Positions 49,469-59,800 of a DNA stretch of 64,000 nt are shown in pieces. Origin of the DNA: a bacterium. Lineage in GTDB: Bacteria; RBG-13-61-14; DATKZS01. Position numbers and translations under genes: made by a program. The notes beneath the pieces are model-generated. The model saw only the letters and a program-made list of their open reading frames with translations, was not told the DNA's origin and ran no database searches. The DNA lies in NCBI GenBank assembly GCA_963674965.2, contig CAXXFL010000007.1, positions 448,001-512,000 on the forward strand, in the 5' to 3' direction. Positions within the stretch are counted from its first letter, which is position 1, and every line of letters starts with the position of its first letter.

Positions 49469-49777
49469 ATGACCCGGCAAAAACAAACGCCCAGCCAAGC
49501 GCCCAAATATTCTTATTCAACCGGGAGTTTAGACATGAAAGGATTGAACATGCCCAAACGCGCCGCCGAAGTTCGAGACGCTCTTAAAAAACTCAGCCAA
49601 GATATCGAAACATTTTCCGGCCAACGCCAAGGGAAGGGCCTGGTATCTCCCCTTCCTTGCCAGTCACTGGCCTCGTGGGACGGAAAGCTCATCCCGGACA
49701 TGTCTTCATATAAAGCCGTCGGACTCGCCTCGGACGAGATCGAACCTCAATTGGCGTTGTCTTTTCTCCAGGGATAA
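49469..49777 (+). CDS. Hypothetical 102-aa protein
   Basis: GGAGG SD, ATG 49469 and fills an intergenic gap. No family recognised. Confidence 0.5.
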   Translation: MTRQKQTPSQAPKYSYSTGSLDMKGLNMPKRAAEVRDALKKLSQDIETFSGQRQGKGLVSPLPCQSLASWDGKLIPDMSSYKAVGLASDEIEPQLALSFLQG

Positions 49778-49893
49778 TGCGGACGACGCCGGCGCGGCAA
49801 GAGAAGAGCTCGGCCCCGAGCCGAAAGCCCGCTTGCCCGTCTAGCCAATTTCGCCTTCAAGGGGAAAACCGGCCGTGAGGCCCAAAATCTTGC

Positions 49894-51549
49894 GTGGAGA
49901 AAAAAATGCTCGTGGACCTTCTTTTTAAAGGCGTCACCGTCGTGGACGGGACCGGCCGCCCCGGCTTTCGGGCCTCGGTGGCGGTCAAGGGCGACCGTAT
50001 CGTTGCCGTGGGCGACCTGGCCGGCTGGAAGGCCATGCGGCTTGTAAAGGGCGCCGGGATGGTGCTTTGCCCCGGGTTCGTTGACATGCACGGCCACTCG
50101 GACTATTTCCTTTTGCTTCTCCCGCGCTCGGACAGCAAGATCAGGCAGGGCATTACCACCGAGGTGGGCGGCAACTGCGGCTACAGCGCCGCCCCCATTA
50201 CGGACAAACTGTCCATGGAGTTCTTCGACTTCGACGTTAAATGGAACGGCTTCGGCGATTACCTTGCAAGGCTCGAGGAGGCCTGGCCCGCCATCAACTA
50301 CGCGCCCCTCGTGGGTTTCAATAACGTCCGGGCGCTGGCCATGGGCCACTCGGCCGAGCCTCCGGACCGGGCCCGGCTGGCCTCGATGCGGTCCATCATC
50401 CGCGAGTGCATGGAGGCGGGATGTTTCGGCATGAGCCTGGGGCTCATATATCCGCCGGGCATGTTCGCGGCCATGGACGAGCTGATCGAGTGCGCCAGGG
50501 AGGTGGCCGCGGCCGGTGGCATAATCTCGTCCCATATGAGGAGCGAGGGCAAGGAACTGGTCGAGGCGGTCAAGGAATCCATCGCCATCGCCCGGGGCTC
50601 GGGAGCGCGTTTTCAGATCAGCCACTTAAAGACGGAGGGCAGGGAAAACTGGCATAAACTCGACCAGGTGCTGGACCTGATCGAGGAGGCCAGGGCGGAA
50701 GGGCTGTCGATCACCGCCGACTGCTACCCCTATACCTCGGGGTCGTCTGGCTTGACCGCGCTATTGCCCGAATGGGTCCAGGACGGTGGCCGGGAGGCCA
50801 TGCTGGGCCGGCTGGCCGATCCCGCGGCCAGGCGGGAAATCGAGGAGCAAATCTCCACGCTCGAGTGGGACAAGGTCACCATTGCCCAGGTCTTCAACGC
50901 CGATCATGAAGGACTGGAGGGCATGACCATATTGGAGGCCGCCGCGAAAGTCGGGGTCCCGCCCGCCGGGCTGGCCGCGGAGATGGCGCTTAGGTCAAGG
51001 GGACAGGTGGCGGTAATCTACGAGACGACCTCGGAGGAAAACCTGCGAAGGATCATGACCAGGGAATGGGTCATGGTCGGCTCCGACTCGCCCGTGCGCA
51101 CTCATTACGGCCCGCTGGCCAAGGGAAGACCTCACCCGAGGGCCTACGGGGCCATGCCCAGGATGCTGGCCTGGGTGGCTCGCGAAAAAGGCTGGCTCAG
51201 CCTTCATGCGGCCGTGAAAAAGATGACCCTCGACCCGTGCCGGGTCCTTGGGCTGAGCGACAGGGGAGTGATAAGGCCGGGGGCAGCGGCGGACCTGACC
51301 CTTTTCGATCCCGAGACCGTCCAGGACCTGGCGACATACGCCGACCCCAAACAATACCCCGAGGGCGTCCAGATGGTCGTGGTTAACGGAAGGGTGGCCC
51401 TTCAAGGGCCCGAGTACACGGGAGACAGGTCGGGCAAGGTCATCTCCAGGCCCGACGCCCGGGACGTCGCCGCGCTCGAGAGGGAAGCGGGCTCGAGGTT
51501 CAGGAACGTGCACGGGGGCTGCCTTCCCCAAAAAAGACCGCTCAACTGA
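49894..51549 (+). CDS. N-acyl-D-amino acid deacylase (D-aminoacylase)
   Basis: PGFVDMHGHSD, GNCG, HMRSE, SHLK, GSDS and HPRAYG motifs. Confidence 0.92.
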   Translation: MEKKMLVDLLFKGVTVVDGTGRPGFRASVAVKGDRIVAVGDLAGWKAMRLVKGAGMVLCPGFVDMHGHSDYFLLLLPRSDSKIRQGITTEVGGNCGYSAAPITDKLSMEFFDFDVKWNGFGDYLARLEEAWPAINYAPLVGFNNVRALAMGHSAEPPDRARLASMRSIIRECMEAGCFGMSLGLIYPPGMFAAMDELIECAREVAAAGGIISSHMRSEGKELVEAVKESIAIARGSGARFQISHLKTEGRENWHKLDQVLDLIEEARAEGLSITADCYPYTSGSSGLTALLPEWVQDGGREAMLGRLADPAARREIEEQISTLEWDKVTIAQVFNADHEGLEGMTILEAAAKVGVPPAGLAAEMALRSRGQVAVIYETTSEENLRRIMTREWVMVGSDSPVRTHYGPLAKGRPHPRAYGAMPRMLAWVAREKGWLSLHAAVKKMTLDPCRVLGLSDRGVIRPGAAADLTLFDPETVQDLATYADPKQYPEGVQMVVVNGRVALQGPEYTGDRSGKVISRPDARDVAALEREAGSRFRNVHGGCLPQKRPLN

Positions 51550-51557
51550 CCGCCGCT

Positions 51558-52379
51558 TTATCGCCAGGTAATCCTTGCCTCCCTGCGCAGAGGAAGCCTG
51601 TGATACCTGAACCTCGGATACCCCGCCATCATGGCCCCGAAACACTTGTGCCCCGCCGGAAGAGAAAGGGCCTCGGAAAGAGGGGCCCAGAATTGGGCCG
51701 CCGCCTCGAAGAACCCCGCCCAGCAGGCCCCCAGCCCCACCGGCCGGGCCATCAACTCGAGATAGGTCATGGCGATGACGCAGGACTTCTCGGCCGTAAG
51801 GTCCGCCTCGTGCCCGTGGACCACGATAAGGCTCGGGGCCGAGCGGAGCACCACGTCGTGACCGAAGCGCCAGGCGAGGGTGATCATGTCCATGTGCATG
51901 GCCTTGCCCATCTCCTTGTCGACCTTCAAGACGCTCTTCATCCAGTCGATCGTCATTTCCGCCAGCTTATGGACCTCGTCCTTGTTATTGATAACCAGCC
52001 AGTGGACCGGCTGAAAATTGTGCCCGGTGGGAGCGTGGCGGGCCGCGTCGATCATCTTCTCCAGCTTCTCGCGCTCCACCGGCTTGTCCTTGTAGACCCG
52101 GATGGACCGCCGCGAGCGGAGGAAATGCTCGGCCTGGTCCGCGCTAAGGTCCCACTCTTCCCTGACGGGCGGACAAGAGTCGGCGGGCATGGTATCAAGG
52201 GACATGGCCCCATGCGGACAAACGGCCACGCAATGCCCGCACCTGATACAAAGCTGGTCCGCCAGCGGCGAAGGCGCCGGATACTTGTCCTCTTGTATCT
52301 GGATCAGGGCCATGGGGCACTCGGCCGAGCAGATACCGTCGCGAGCGCATTTCTCTTTATCAACCAGAATCGGACTCAC
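51558..52379 (-). CDS. Nitroreductase with N-terminal 4Fe-4S ferredoxin domain
   Basis: CARDGICSAECP, CIRCGHCVAVCP, RRSIRVY, APTGHN and GLGACW motifs. Confidence 0.93.
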   Translation of the reverse strand: MSPILVDKEKCARDGICSAECPMALIQIQEDKYPAPSPLADQLCIRCGHCVAVCPHGAMSLDTMPADSCPPVREEWDLSADQAEHFLRSRRSIRVYKDKPVEREKLEKMIDAARHAPTGHNFQPVHWLVINNKDEVHKLAEMTIDWMKSVLKVDKEMGKAMHMDMITLAWRFGHDVVLRSAPSLIVVHGHEADLTAEKSCVIAMTYLELMARPVGLGACWAGFFEAAAQFWAPLSEALSLPAGHKCFGAMMAGYPRFRYHRLPLRREARITWR

Positions 52380-52415
52380 CGTATTCCTCCCCTTTTGCGG
52401 ATTAGTCCGCCCTTT

Positions 52416-55244
52416 TTATTCTTTCTCACCCCTGGCCGCCAGGGCATCGTACACGGCCTTGAAAAGCGTTTCCAGGTAGAAAGGTTTTCTGATGATGGTG
52501 GTGACGCCCATCTCGTCGAGTTCTTTTTGCTCGTGGATTTTGGTTTTTCCCGTCACGACCATGGGTATGGGCCGGAGGTGCTCGGGTAAAAGGTTCAGTT
52601 CGGCGAGGATTTCCACTCCCTGCATGTCCGGCATCTGGAGGTCGATGAGGGCGACGTCGTAGGTCGAGGTCATGAGTTTCCTTACCCCCTCCTTTCCGCG
52701 GAGGGCGACCTCGACCTGGTATCCCGCTCCTGAAAGGGCCCTTTCCATCATCTGGGCCACGTCGATCTCGTCGTCCACGATGAGTATCCTCGCTCCGACC
52801 ACGACCTCTCCAAAGGAAACCTTCCTGGTGATTACCTTGCCCGCGTCGGCCTGGATGGGTAGGTAGAAGGTCACCTCGGCCCCCCCGCCCCGGGGGCTGT
52901 CGGCCTCGATGTGTCCGCCGTGGTCCCTTATTATGGCCTGCGCCACCGACAGGCCCAAACCGGTCCCGGGTATGGTCGAGCCGCCAAGCGAGCCCTTAGT
53001 GGTATAGAAGGGATCGAAGATGCGCTTTATAGCGTCCGGCGCGATGCCCACCCCGCCGTCAATGACCTTCACGTAGGCCTTGTCCCCCTTCTTTCCCGTC
53101 TCCACGACGATGGTTTTATCGCCGCCAGCCTCGTTGACCGCGTCCCTGGCGTTGAGCATCAGCGCCATCAGCGCCTGTCCGATTCTTCCCGCGTCGAGTT
53201 TTACGAAAACGGGCGCCCCCTCGCTTCGGGCCGAGATTTTGATGCTCTCCTCCTCGAAGTCGCGCTTGACCAGGCCCACGTTCGTCTCCGCCAGTTCCGC
53301 CAAGTTTACGGACTCCTTGTGCAGTTTCTCCCTGCCCGAGAAGGCCTGAAGCTGCTGAGTAATATGGGAAGCTCTCCGGATGAGCTGCCTTATGGCCTGA
53401 AGGTCGTTAACGTCGCCCTCCTCCATTTGAGGCTGCCGGAGCAAAAGCTCGGCGTAACCCTGGATGGCGGCGTGGATATTGTTGAATTCGTGGGCGATGC
53501 CGCCGGCCAGCCGGCCGATGGCGGTCATTTTATCGGCGGCGTAAAGCTGCTCCTGAAGGCTCTTGGTTTCGGAAAGGTCGGAAATGAAAACCGTATAGCC
53601 GGAAAGTTTCCCATCCTCGTCCTTGACGGGACCCGCCGTTATCATGCTCTCGATGGTTTGGCCGCCTTTTTTCTTGAGCTTTATCTCCTCCTGCTCGACG
53701 GCGGCGGTCCTCTTTTTGAGGAATAGCTCCATCATAACCGGCCGCCAGTCGTCGTCGGCCAGGTCGAGAACGTTCGTTCCCGCCAACTCGCCTTTTTCGT
53801 ATCCCAGGATTTGATCGGCCCGTCCGTTGGAGAAAGTGATCTCTCCCTTGGCGTCCAGGGAGACTATTCCCTGGTAGGCCATTTCCACCAGGTCTCGATA
53901 TTTTCTCTCCGAGGCCTCCAGCATCTTCCGATACTGGACCTTGTCGGTCACGTCCCTGGCCACGATCTGGACCATGGGCGAGCCGCCCTCCGGGAAGATG
54001 CTCGAGAAGGAAGCCTCGACCGTGACCTCCTTGCCGCCGGCCGCGAGCAGAGCGAATTGAGCCTCGAGCGGGGCGCTCGAGTTCAGGGCCTCCCGGTGCA
54101 GATATCCCACCTTTTTTCTGGAGGAGGGGACCACGAAATCGAGAGCGTCCATGCCCATGGCCTTGCCTGGCCCCTCGAGGCCAAGCATTTTCAGGCAGGC
54201 GTCGTTAATGAAGAAAATCTTGCCCGCCTGGGTCCAGGCGACTCCCTCGGAGGAGTTCCTGAGGAAATCCATCACCACCCTGCCGGCGGAGGACAGGCTT
54301 TCCCTGTTCTTTTCTCTCTCCCTGGACAGTCTCATGACGTCAAGGACAAGGGAGAACCTTTTCGCCGCTTCTTCCATTATCCTTAAGTCATGGGCGTTAA
54401 AAGCTTTTTCATCCGCCCAGCGCACCGCGATCCCGCCCTGGATGAGAGGGCGTCCACCGCCATTGTCCACCTTGATGGGGACGGATATGGACGAGCCTTC
54501 TCCTGCCCCGTCCCGGACCAGAGCCGGATATAGCGACGCGTCGCTCATGGCGGCGTAAAAAACACCCTCGTCGGCCGGGACCTCGGGCCTGGAATCGCTC
54601 GAGATGACCTCGACCCGCGATTTCGAGTCTTCACCCGGACCCCGGATGGCGGTCAGACGAAGTCCATCTTTTTCCGGGTCCTCGATCCAAAGTCGGCCGC
54701 CGTCGGCGCCAAGGGTCTCCGTCAGCAGGGAGAGCGAGCGTCCGGCAAAGGATATGAGCCCGGCGGACTCGGCCTCCTCGCGGCTGATATGGGCGAGGGC
54801 CCGCATGGCCCTGGCAAGTTTCTCGCCGTCGGCGGACTCGCTGATCGAGATAACGCCGCCGTAACAGGCGCCCTCCGAGTCCTTGATGGGCGTAAATGAA
54901 AGACGTAAAAGGTTTTTATTCTCGCTTCGAAAGGTCAAACAGGAAAGGTCCGCCTCGTCGGCTCCGCTCCGGATGGCCTCGGAGATGGCCTTTCCCGAGG
55001 GGCCTAATCCGTCGGAGAGGGCGGGATCGGAAACCATAAGGCCCATGGCCTCCTCGCGGCCTATCCCCGTCAGCCTCTCGGCGGTCCGGTTCCAGGACAC
55101 GATGACGCCGTCCGCGTCGACCACGGCCACGCCGTGAGCGGGGGCCTTGGTCTCGGGCGCATCCTCCAAGGTCGCGTCCCCGGCTTTATGAGAGTTCTTC
55201 ATTTGGGCCCGTCCGTTCCGCAATTTCTCGCCTTCTTTCCTCAC
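52416..55244 (-). CDS. Hybrid PAS/GAF histidine kinase with receiver domain
   Basis: AHEFNNI, NARDA, FDPFYTT, GTGLGL, ILIVDDE and DLQMP motifs. The start is uncertain. Confidence 0.92.
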   Translation of the reverse strand: MRKEGEKLRNGRAQMKNSHKAGDATLEDAPETKAPAHGVAVVDADGVIVSWNRTAERLTGIGREEAMGLMVSDPALSDGLGPSGKAISEAIRSGADEADLSCLTFRSENKNLLRLSFTPIKDSEGACYGGVISISESADGEKLARAMRALAHISREEAESAGLISFAGRSLSLLTETLGADGGRLWIEDPEKDGLRLTAIRGPGEDSKSRVEVISSDSRPEVPADEGVFYAAMSDASLYPALVRDGAGEGSSISVPIKVDNGGGRPLIQGGIAVRWADEKAFNAHDLRIMEEAAKRFSLVLDVMRLSREREKNRESLSSAGRVVMDFLRNSSEGVAWTQAGKIFFINDACLKMLGLEGPGKAMGMDALDFVVPSSRKKVGYLHREALNSSAPLEAQFALLAAGGKEVTVEASFSSIFPEGGSPMVQIVARDVTDKVQYRKMLEASERKYRDLVEMAYQGIVSLDAKGEITFSNGRADQILGYEKGELAGTNVLDLADDDWRPVMMELFLKKRTAAVEQEEIKLKKKGGQTIESMITAGPVKDEDGKLSGYTVFISDLSETKSLQEQLYAADKMTAIGRLAGGIAHEFNNIHAAIQGYAELLLRQPQMEEGDVNDLQAIRQLIRRASHITQQLQAFSGREKLHKESVNLAELAETNVGLVKRDFEEESIKISARSEGAPVFVKLDAGRIGQALMALMLNARDAVNEAGGDKTIVVETGKKGDKAYVKVIDGGVGIAPDAIKRIFDPFYTTKGSLGGSTIPGTGLGLSVAQAIIRDHGGHIEADSPRGGGAEVTFYLPIQADAGKVITRKVSFGEVVVGARILIVDDEIDVAQMMERALSGAGYQVEVALRGKEGVRKLMTSTYDVALIDLQMPDMQGVEILAELNLLPEHLRPIPMVVTGKTKIHEQKELDEMGVTTIIRKPFYLETLFKAVYDALAARGEKE

Positions 55245-55512
55245 GGGAGAAAGTCGTAAGAATGTTCTCCGCTTTCAACTGTTTCCAACCGAAACCGCTT
55301 TTTGCCGATAAGACCGAGGATAGACGGTCAACCGCCCCGCCGCCATCCTCGCCCCCTACGGCCGGCAAAGGGACTTTTATCCGCCGAGCCGGGTTACGCG
55401 TTTTCGACGCTTATCCATTATATAACCCTTTGGCCGGAAAATAAACCAAACGACATATCAGTGAGCTTGAAGCGATAATATTGGACGGCCGCCTCGGCGC
55501 GGCGCGGCGGCT

Positions 55513-56898
55513 TCAAGCCTCCGCGGCCTTGCTTTTAAAGGACCTCCGGGGAGGTATGCCGTGCTTTTTCATTTTTCTGTACAGGGTGCTTAAGCCAACG
55601 TCAAGGGTCTTGGCCGCGGCTTCCACGTCCTGGCCGGCTGACGAGAGGGCCCTCTCGATGGCCAGCTTCTCGTAGGCGTCGAAGGAAATTGGAAGCTCGG
55701 AAGGGGCCCCGTCCTGAGATTTCCGACTCGAGGGCACGGGCAAATCGTCCGGGCCTATCTCGAAAGAGTCGTTCAAGGCCAGGACCTGCTCGATCATGTT
55801 CTGCAACTCCCGCACGTTGCCCGGCCAGGCATGGTCCATGAGCCGGCCCAGGGCCTCGGGTTTGAACCGGTGCTCCTTGCCCGCCCGCTGCCGGTACTCC
55901 TCGAGGAAGTGGTCCACCAGGAGGGGGATATCCTCGAGGCGCTCCCGCAGGGGCGGTATCTCGAGGTTGACCACGTTGAGCCGGTAAAACAAGTCCTCCC
56001 TGAACTCGCCCTTTTTGACGCTGTCCTTAAGGGACCGGTGAGAGGCCGCGATCACCCTCACGTCCACCGCTACCGTACGGGGAGCGCCCAGGGGCCTGAC
56101 CTCCCTCTCCTGCAGCGCCCGGAGGAGTTTCGACTGCACGTGAATGGGAAGCTCGCCTATCTCGTCAAGGAAAAGAGTGCCGCCGTCCGCCTCGCGGAAC
56201 AGGCCCTTTACGTCTCTGTAGGCCCCGGTAAAGGCGCCCTTGACGTGCCCGAAAAGCTCGGCCTCGATAAGGGTTTCGGGAAGAGAGCCGCAGTCCACGG
56301 GCACGAACTTCTGAAGCCGGCGCGGACTGTTATAGTGAATGGCCTGAGCCAGAAGCTCCTTGCCGGTGCCGGACTCGCCGTGGATAAGGACGGTGGCCTC
56401 ATTGTCGGCCAACTGCCGGATAACGCGATATATCCTTTGCATGGCGGGGGACTTGCCCACCAGTTTGTCCATTTTGTAGCGGGAGGTCAGGGCCCTTTTC
56501 AGGTCCCAGTTCTCGCGCAGGACCCTCCTTTGTTCCAGGGCTTTCTCCGAGGTGATACGGATAAGGTCCACGTGCTCGAGAGGTTTTCTAAGGAAATCGA
56601 AAGCACCGGCCTTGATAGCCTCGACCGCTCTCTCGATGGTACCGTGCCCGCTGATGATGACCACGGGAAGGTCGGGAGAGTTCTTCTTGATGGTGTAAAG
56701 GAGTTCCATGCCGTTTCCGTCGGGCAAAAAAAGGTCGAGAAAAACCATGTCCACCGGCTGCTTGACCAGGAATTCCTTGCCTTCCTCGATAGTTCCCGCC
56801 GCCAGGACGTTTATTCCCTCCGCGCGCAGGACCCTTTCGAAAAGACTGCATATTGCCGCGTTATCGTCGACTATCAGTATGGTCGAGCCTTCCATCAT
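55513..56898 (-). CDS. Sigma54-dependent response regulator (NtrC/AtoC family)
   Basis: REC domain, GESGTGKE, GAFTGA, LFLDEIG, WPGNVREL and a Fis-type HTH. Confidence 0.96.
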   Translation of the reverse strand: MMEGSTILIVDDNAAICSLFERVLRAEGINVLAAGTIEEGKEFLVKQPVDMVFLDLFLPDGNGMELLYTIKKNSPDLPVVIISGHGTIERAVEAIKAGAFDFLRKPLEHVDLIRITSEKALEQRRVLRENWDLKRALTSRYKMDKLVGKSPAMQRIYRVIRQLADNEATVLIHGESGTGKELLAQAIHYNSPRRLQKFVPVDCGSLPETLIEAELFGHVKGAFTGAYRDVKGLFREADGGTLFLDEIGELPIHVQSKLLRALQEREVRPLGAPRTVAVDVRVIAASHRSLKDSVKKGEFREDLFYRLNVVNLEIPPLRERLEDIPLLVDHFLEEYRQRAGKEHRFKPEALGRLMDHAWPGNVRELQNMIEQVLALNDSFEIGPDDLPVPSSRKSQDGAPSELPISFDAYEKLAIERALSSAGQDVEAAAKTLDVGLSTLYRKMKKHGIPPRRSFKSKAAEA

Positions 56899-57088
56899 GG
56901 CCGTTTCCTCTCTTGCAATGCTGAATAAAGGGGCCTTGTCAATCCAATCGTTTGTCCCGTTAAATCAATCCCTTAGAAAATTTTTTCCCTTCGCGCCAAT
57001 TATGGGGCCACGATCGAAAAATTGGCCGATCATTCTTAATAGCACAATTTCCAAAGCTGGTATTAAGTTCGAAGACGATAATCTCCTC

Positions 57089-57688
57089 TTAGTCCGCTTC
57101 TTTTTTCTTCATGGCCAGTTTGATATATTCCTCTACGATTTTATATAGTTCCGTAATCTGTATGTTTTTATCCAGGCACTCGACCGCTCCGGCTCTCATC
57201 ATTTCGTCGCGGATTTCCTCATCCGCTCTTCCAGTTAGGCCGATGACGATTACTTCCGCGGTAGATGGGCGGCTTTTTATGGTTTTGCATAGCTCGATCC
57301 CATCGATTCCCGGCATTACTATATCAAGGAGCATGAGAACCGGCTTGTCCTCCCCCGCTATGAGAAGGGCTTCCATGCCGCTGGTGGTTGTCTCGACCCG
57401 GTAATTGGTCGCCTGCTGGAACCATCTTTTCAAAGCCCTGAGATATGGTTCCTCGTCGTCGACGATAAGAATATATGGTTTGCTCGAGGGATCGAGCTCG
57501 GGAGGAATGGGCATCTCATACTTGACCAGAAAATCGATAAGGTCACCCTCGAGAATACGCCTGTGACCCCCGGGAGTTTTATACGCCTTGAGACGTCCCG
57601 CCCTGACCCAGTTGTTGACCGTGGTGTAGTTGACGCCCAAAAGCTTTCCGATTTCCGTGGTGGTATATTTTTTTGCTTCATTGGCCAT
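57089..57688 (-). CDS. Response regulator with N-terminal excisionase-like (HTH_17) domain
   Basis: YTTTEIGKLLGV...YKTPGGHRRI followed by a REC domain (LIVDDE, LDIVMP). Confidence 0.92.
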   Translation of the reverse strand: MANEAKKYTTTEIGKLLGVNYTTVNNWVRAGRLKAYKTPGGHRRILEGDLIDFLVKYEMPIPPELDPSSKPYILIVDDEEPYLRALKRWFQQATNYRVETTTSGMEALLIAGEDKPVLMLLDIVMPGIDGIELCKTIKSRPSTAEVIVIGLTGRADEEIRDEMMRAGAVECLDKNIQITELYKIVEEYIKLAMKKKEAD

Positions 57689-57724
57689 GTTTTTTCCAAC
57701 CCGTTAATGTTCGTGTTTTTTTCA

Positions 57725-57740
57725 TGCAACTATAGTGCCC
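57725..57740 (-). promoter_or_regulatory. Sigma54 (-24/-12) promoter
   Basis: Minus strand GGGCACTATAGTTGCA gives GG-N10-GC, about 37 nt upstream of the 57688 start. Confidence 0.65.
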
Positions 57741-58069
57741 TAATTGCCATTATTGAAAATACTCGATTTTTCAATCTTCATTATTGAAAAAGCAATCCGA
57801 TTTATTCCCAAATATTATAATTTCCAGTTTCAATTTGCAAATATGGGAAATGGAACGTCGAATCCATCGAGTCAAGCCCAGGAGAGCGGATAGCTTCAAA
57901 TTTCTCCTCTTTCCCTTCACCGGAAAGGATTTTAACTCCCTTGGGATCGATTGCACATCCGGGTTATTTGCCCCATAATGTTACGTCACGCCCGAAAAAG
58001 AAATTATGACTTATGGGGCGCGGATTGTTTTTCTCTAGGAATAAAAGATACGTGGACGAGGAGTAATAA

Positions 58070-59758
58070 ATGAAGTTAGTAATCGTTGGTGGAGTAGCCG
58101 GCGGCGCCAGCGCCGCGGCCCGGGCCCGGCGTCTTAGCGAGGACGCCCACATAATTTTGATCGAGAGGGGCGAGCACGTTTCTTTCGCCAATTGCGGCTT
58201 GCCTTATTATATAGGAGGGGAGATCGAGGAAAAGGACGATCTTCTCGTAAGCACTCCGGAGAAATTAAGGGACAGGTTTCGCATCGACGTGAGGGTTATG
58301 CAGGAAGTGGTTTCCATCGACCTTCTTTCATCCAGCGTCCGCATACGCGACATATCGGGGGGACAAATTTACGACGAAAGTTATGACCGGCTGATTCTGG
58401 CTCCTGGCGCAAGTCCAATTCGTCCTCCTTTTCCCGGCGCCGACCTTGAGGGGGTCCACGTTTTAAGGACCGTGCCGGACTCGGAGAAGATAAAGGAGCG
58501 GGTGGCCCGGGACCGCGTGAAAAGCGCGGTGGTCATAGGCGGCGGCTTCATCGGCCTGGAGATGGCCGAGAACCTGGCCAGGGCGGGCGTCAAGGTCAGC
58601 ATCGTCGAGATGGTCGACCAGGTCATGGCTCCTCTCGACTTCGAGATGGCCTCCCAGATACATGAGCACCTGATGGAAAAGGGGGTTTCGCTCAGGCTGA
58701 GGGACGGCGTAAAGTCGTGCCGCAAGGACGGCGGGTCCCTGGTGGTCGAGACCAACTCGGGTTGCGAGCTCGAGTGCGACATGGTCATCCTTTCCATAGG
58801 GGTCAGGCCGGAGATAGACCTGGCCAGGGCCGCCGGCCTCGAGATAGGATCGAGGGGAGGAATAAAAACCGATCAGACCATGCGGACCTCCGACCCGAGG
58901 GTGTTCGCCGTGGGCGACGCCGTCGAGGTAAGGGACTTCGTTTCGGGCCTGGACGCCCTCATACCCCTGGCCGGTCCGGCCAATCGCCAGGGCCGGGTGG
59001 CGGCCGACAACGCCCTTGGCCGGGCCTCCATGTTCAAGGGGGTGCAGGGCACCAGCGTGGTAAAAATTTTCGAGCTTACGGCCGGGGCGACGGGAATCAA
59101 CGAGAAGCGCCTGAAGTCCATCGGCAGGCCATACCTGGCGTCGTTCATCCATTCCAACCACCACGTAAGCTATTATCCCGGAGCCGAAAGGATGGCGATC
59201 AAGCTCCTTTTCGACCCCGGCGACGGCCGTATCCTCGGGGCCCAGGCCATCGGGAAAAAGGGAGTGGATAAAAGGATCGACGTTCTGGCCACGGCCATCA
59301 GGGCCGGCCTGACCGTGTTCGACCTGGAGGAACTCGAGCTGGCCTACGCTCCTCCCTTCGGGGCGGCCAAGGACCCGATAAACGTCGCGGGCATGGCGGC
59401 GGCCAACGCGCTGAAAAGGGACATGGAGACGATTCATTGGGACGAGATAGCCGGAATGGGCGAGGACTCCCACGTGCTTATCGACCTGCGCGATCCGGAC
59501 GAGCTCGAGGACTCTCCCCCTTTGCCCGGCTCGGTCAATATCCCGCTTAACGACCTCCGGTCAAGGTTGCCCGAGCTTGACAAGGAAAAGACCTATGTCC
59601 TGTACTGCGCCATCGGCCAGAGAGGATACTACGGCTACAGGATCATGGCGATGAACGGATTCAAGGCCAGGAACCTGAGCGGCGGCATGGCCACCAGCGC
59701 TCCGGCCCTCAAGCAAAAGGAATGGATCAACCGGGGCTGCCGGGTCAAGGAAGACTGA
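58070..59758 (+). CDS. CoA-disulfide reductase with rhodanese domain (CoADR-RHD / persulfide reductase-like)
   Basis: GGVAGGAS, SFANCGLPY, GGGFIG, LAYAPPF and rhodanese YCAIGQRG motifs. Confidence 0.92.
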   Translation: MKLVIVGGVAGGASAAARARRLSEDAHIILIERGEHVSFANCGLPYYIGGEIEEKDDLLVSTPEKLRDRFRIDVRVMQEVVSIDLLSSSVRIRDISGGQIYDESYDRLILAPGASPIRPPFPGADLEGVHVLRTVPDSEKIKERVARDRVKSAVVIGGGFIGLEMAENLARAGVKVSIVEMVDQVMAPLDFEMASQIHEHLMEKGVSLRLRDGVKSCRKDGGSLVVETNSGCELECDMVILSIGVRPEIDLARAAGLEIGSRGGIKTDQTMRTSDPRVFAVGDAVEVRDFVSGLDALIPLAGPANRQGRVAADNALGRASMFKGVQGTSVVKIFELTAGATGINEKRLKSIGRPYLASFIHSNHHVSYYPGAERMAIKLLFDPGDGRILGAQAIGKKGVDKRIDVLATAIRAGLTVFDLEELELAYAPPFGAAKDPINVAGMAAANALKRDMETIHWDEIAGMGEDSHVLIDLRDPDELEDSPPLPGSVNIPLNDLRSRLPELDKEKTYVLYCAIGQRGYYGYRIMAMNGFKARNLSGGMATSAPALKQKEWINRGCRVKED

Positions 59759-59800
59759 AGTTATAAGGGAAAGGGCGGTCACGGCCGCCCGCCCGCTTCA

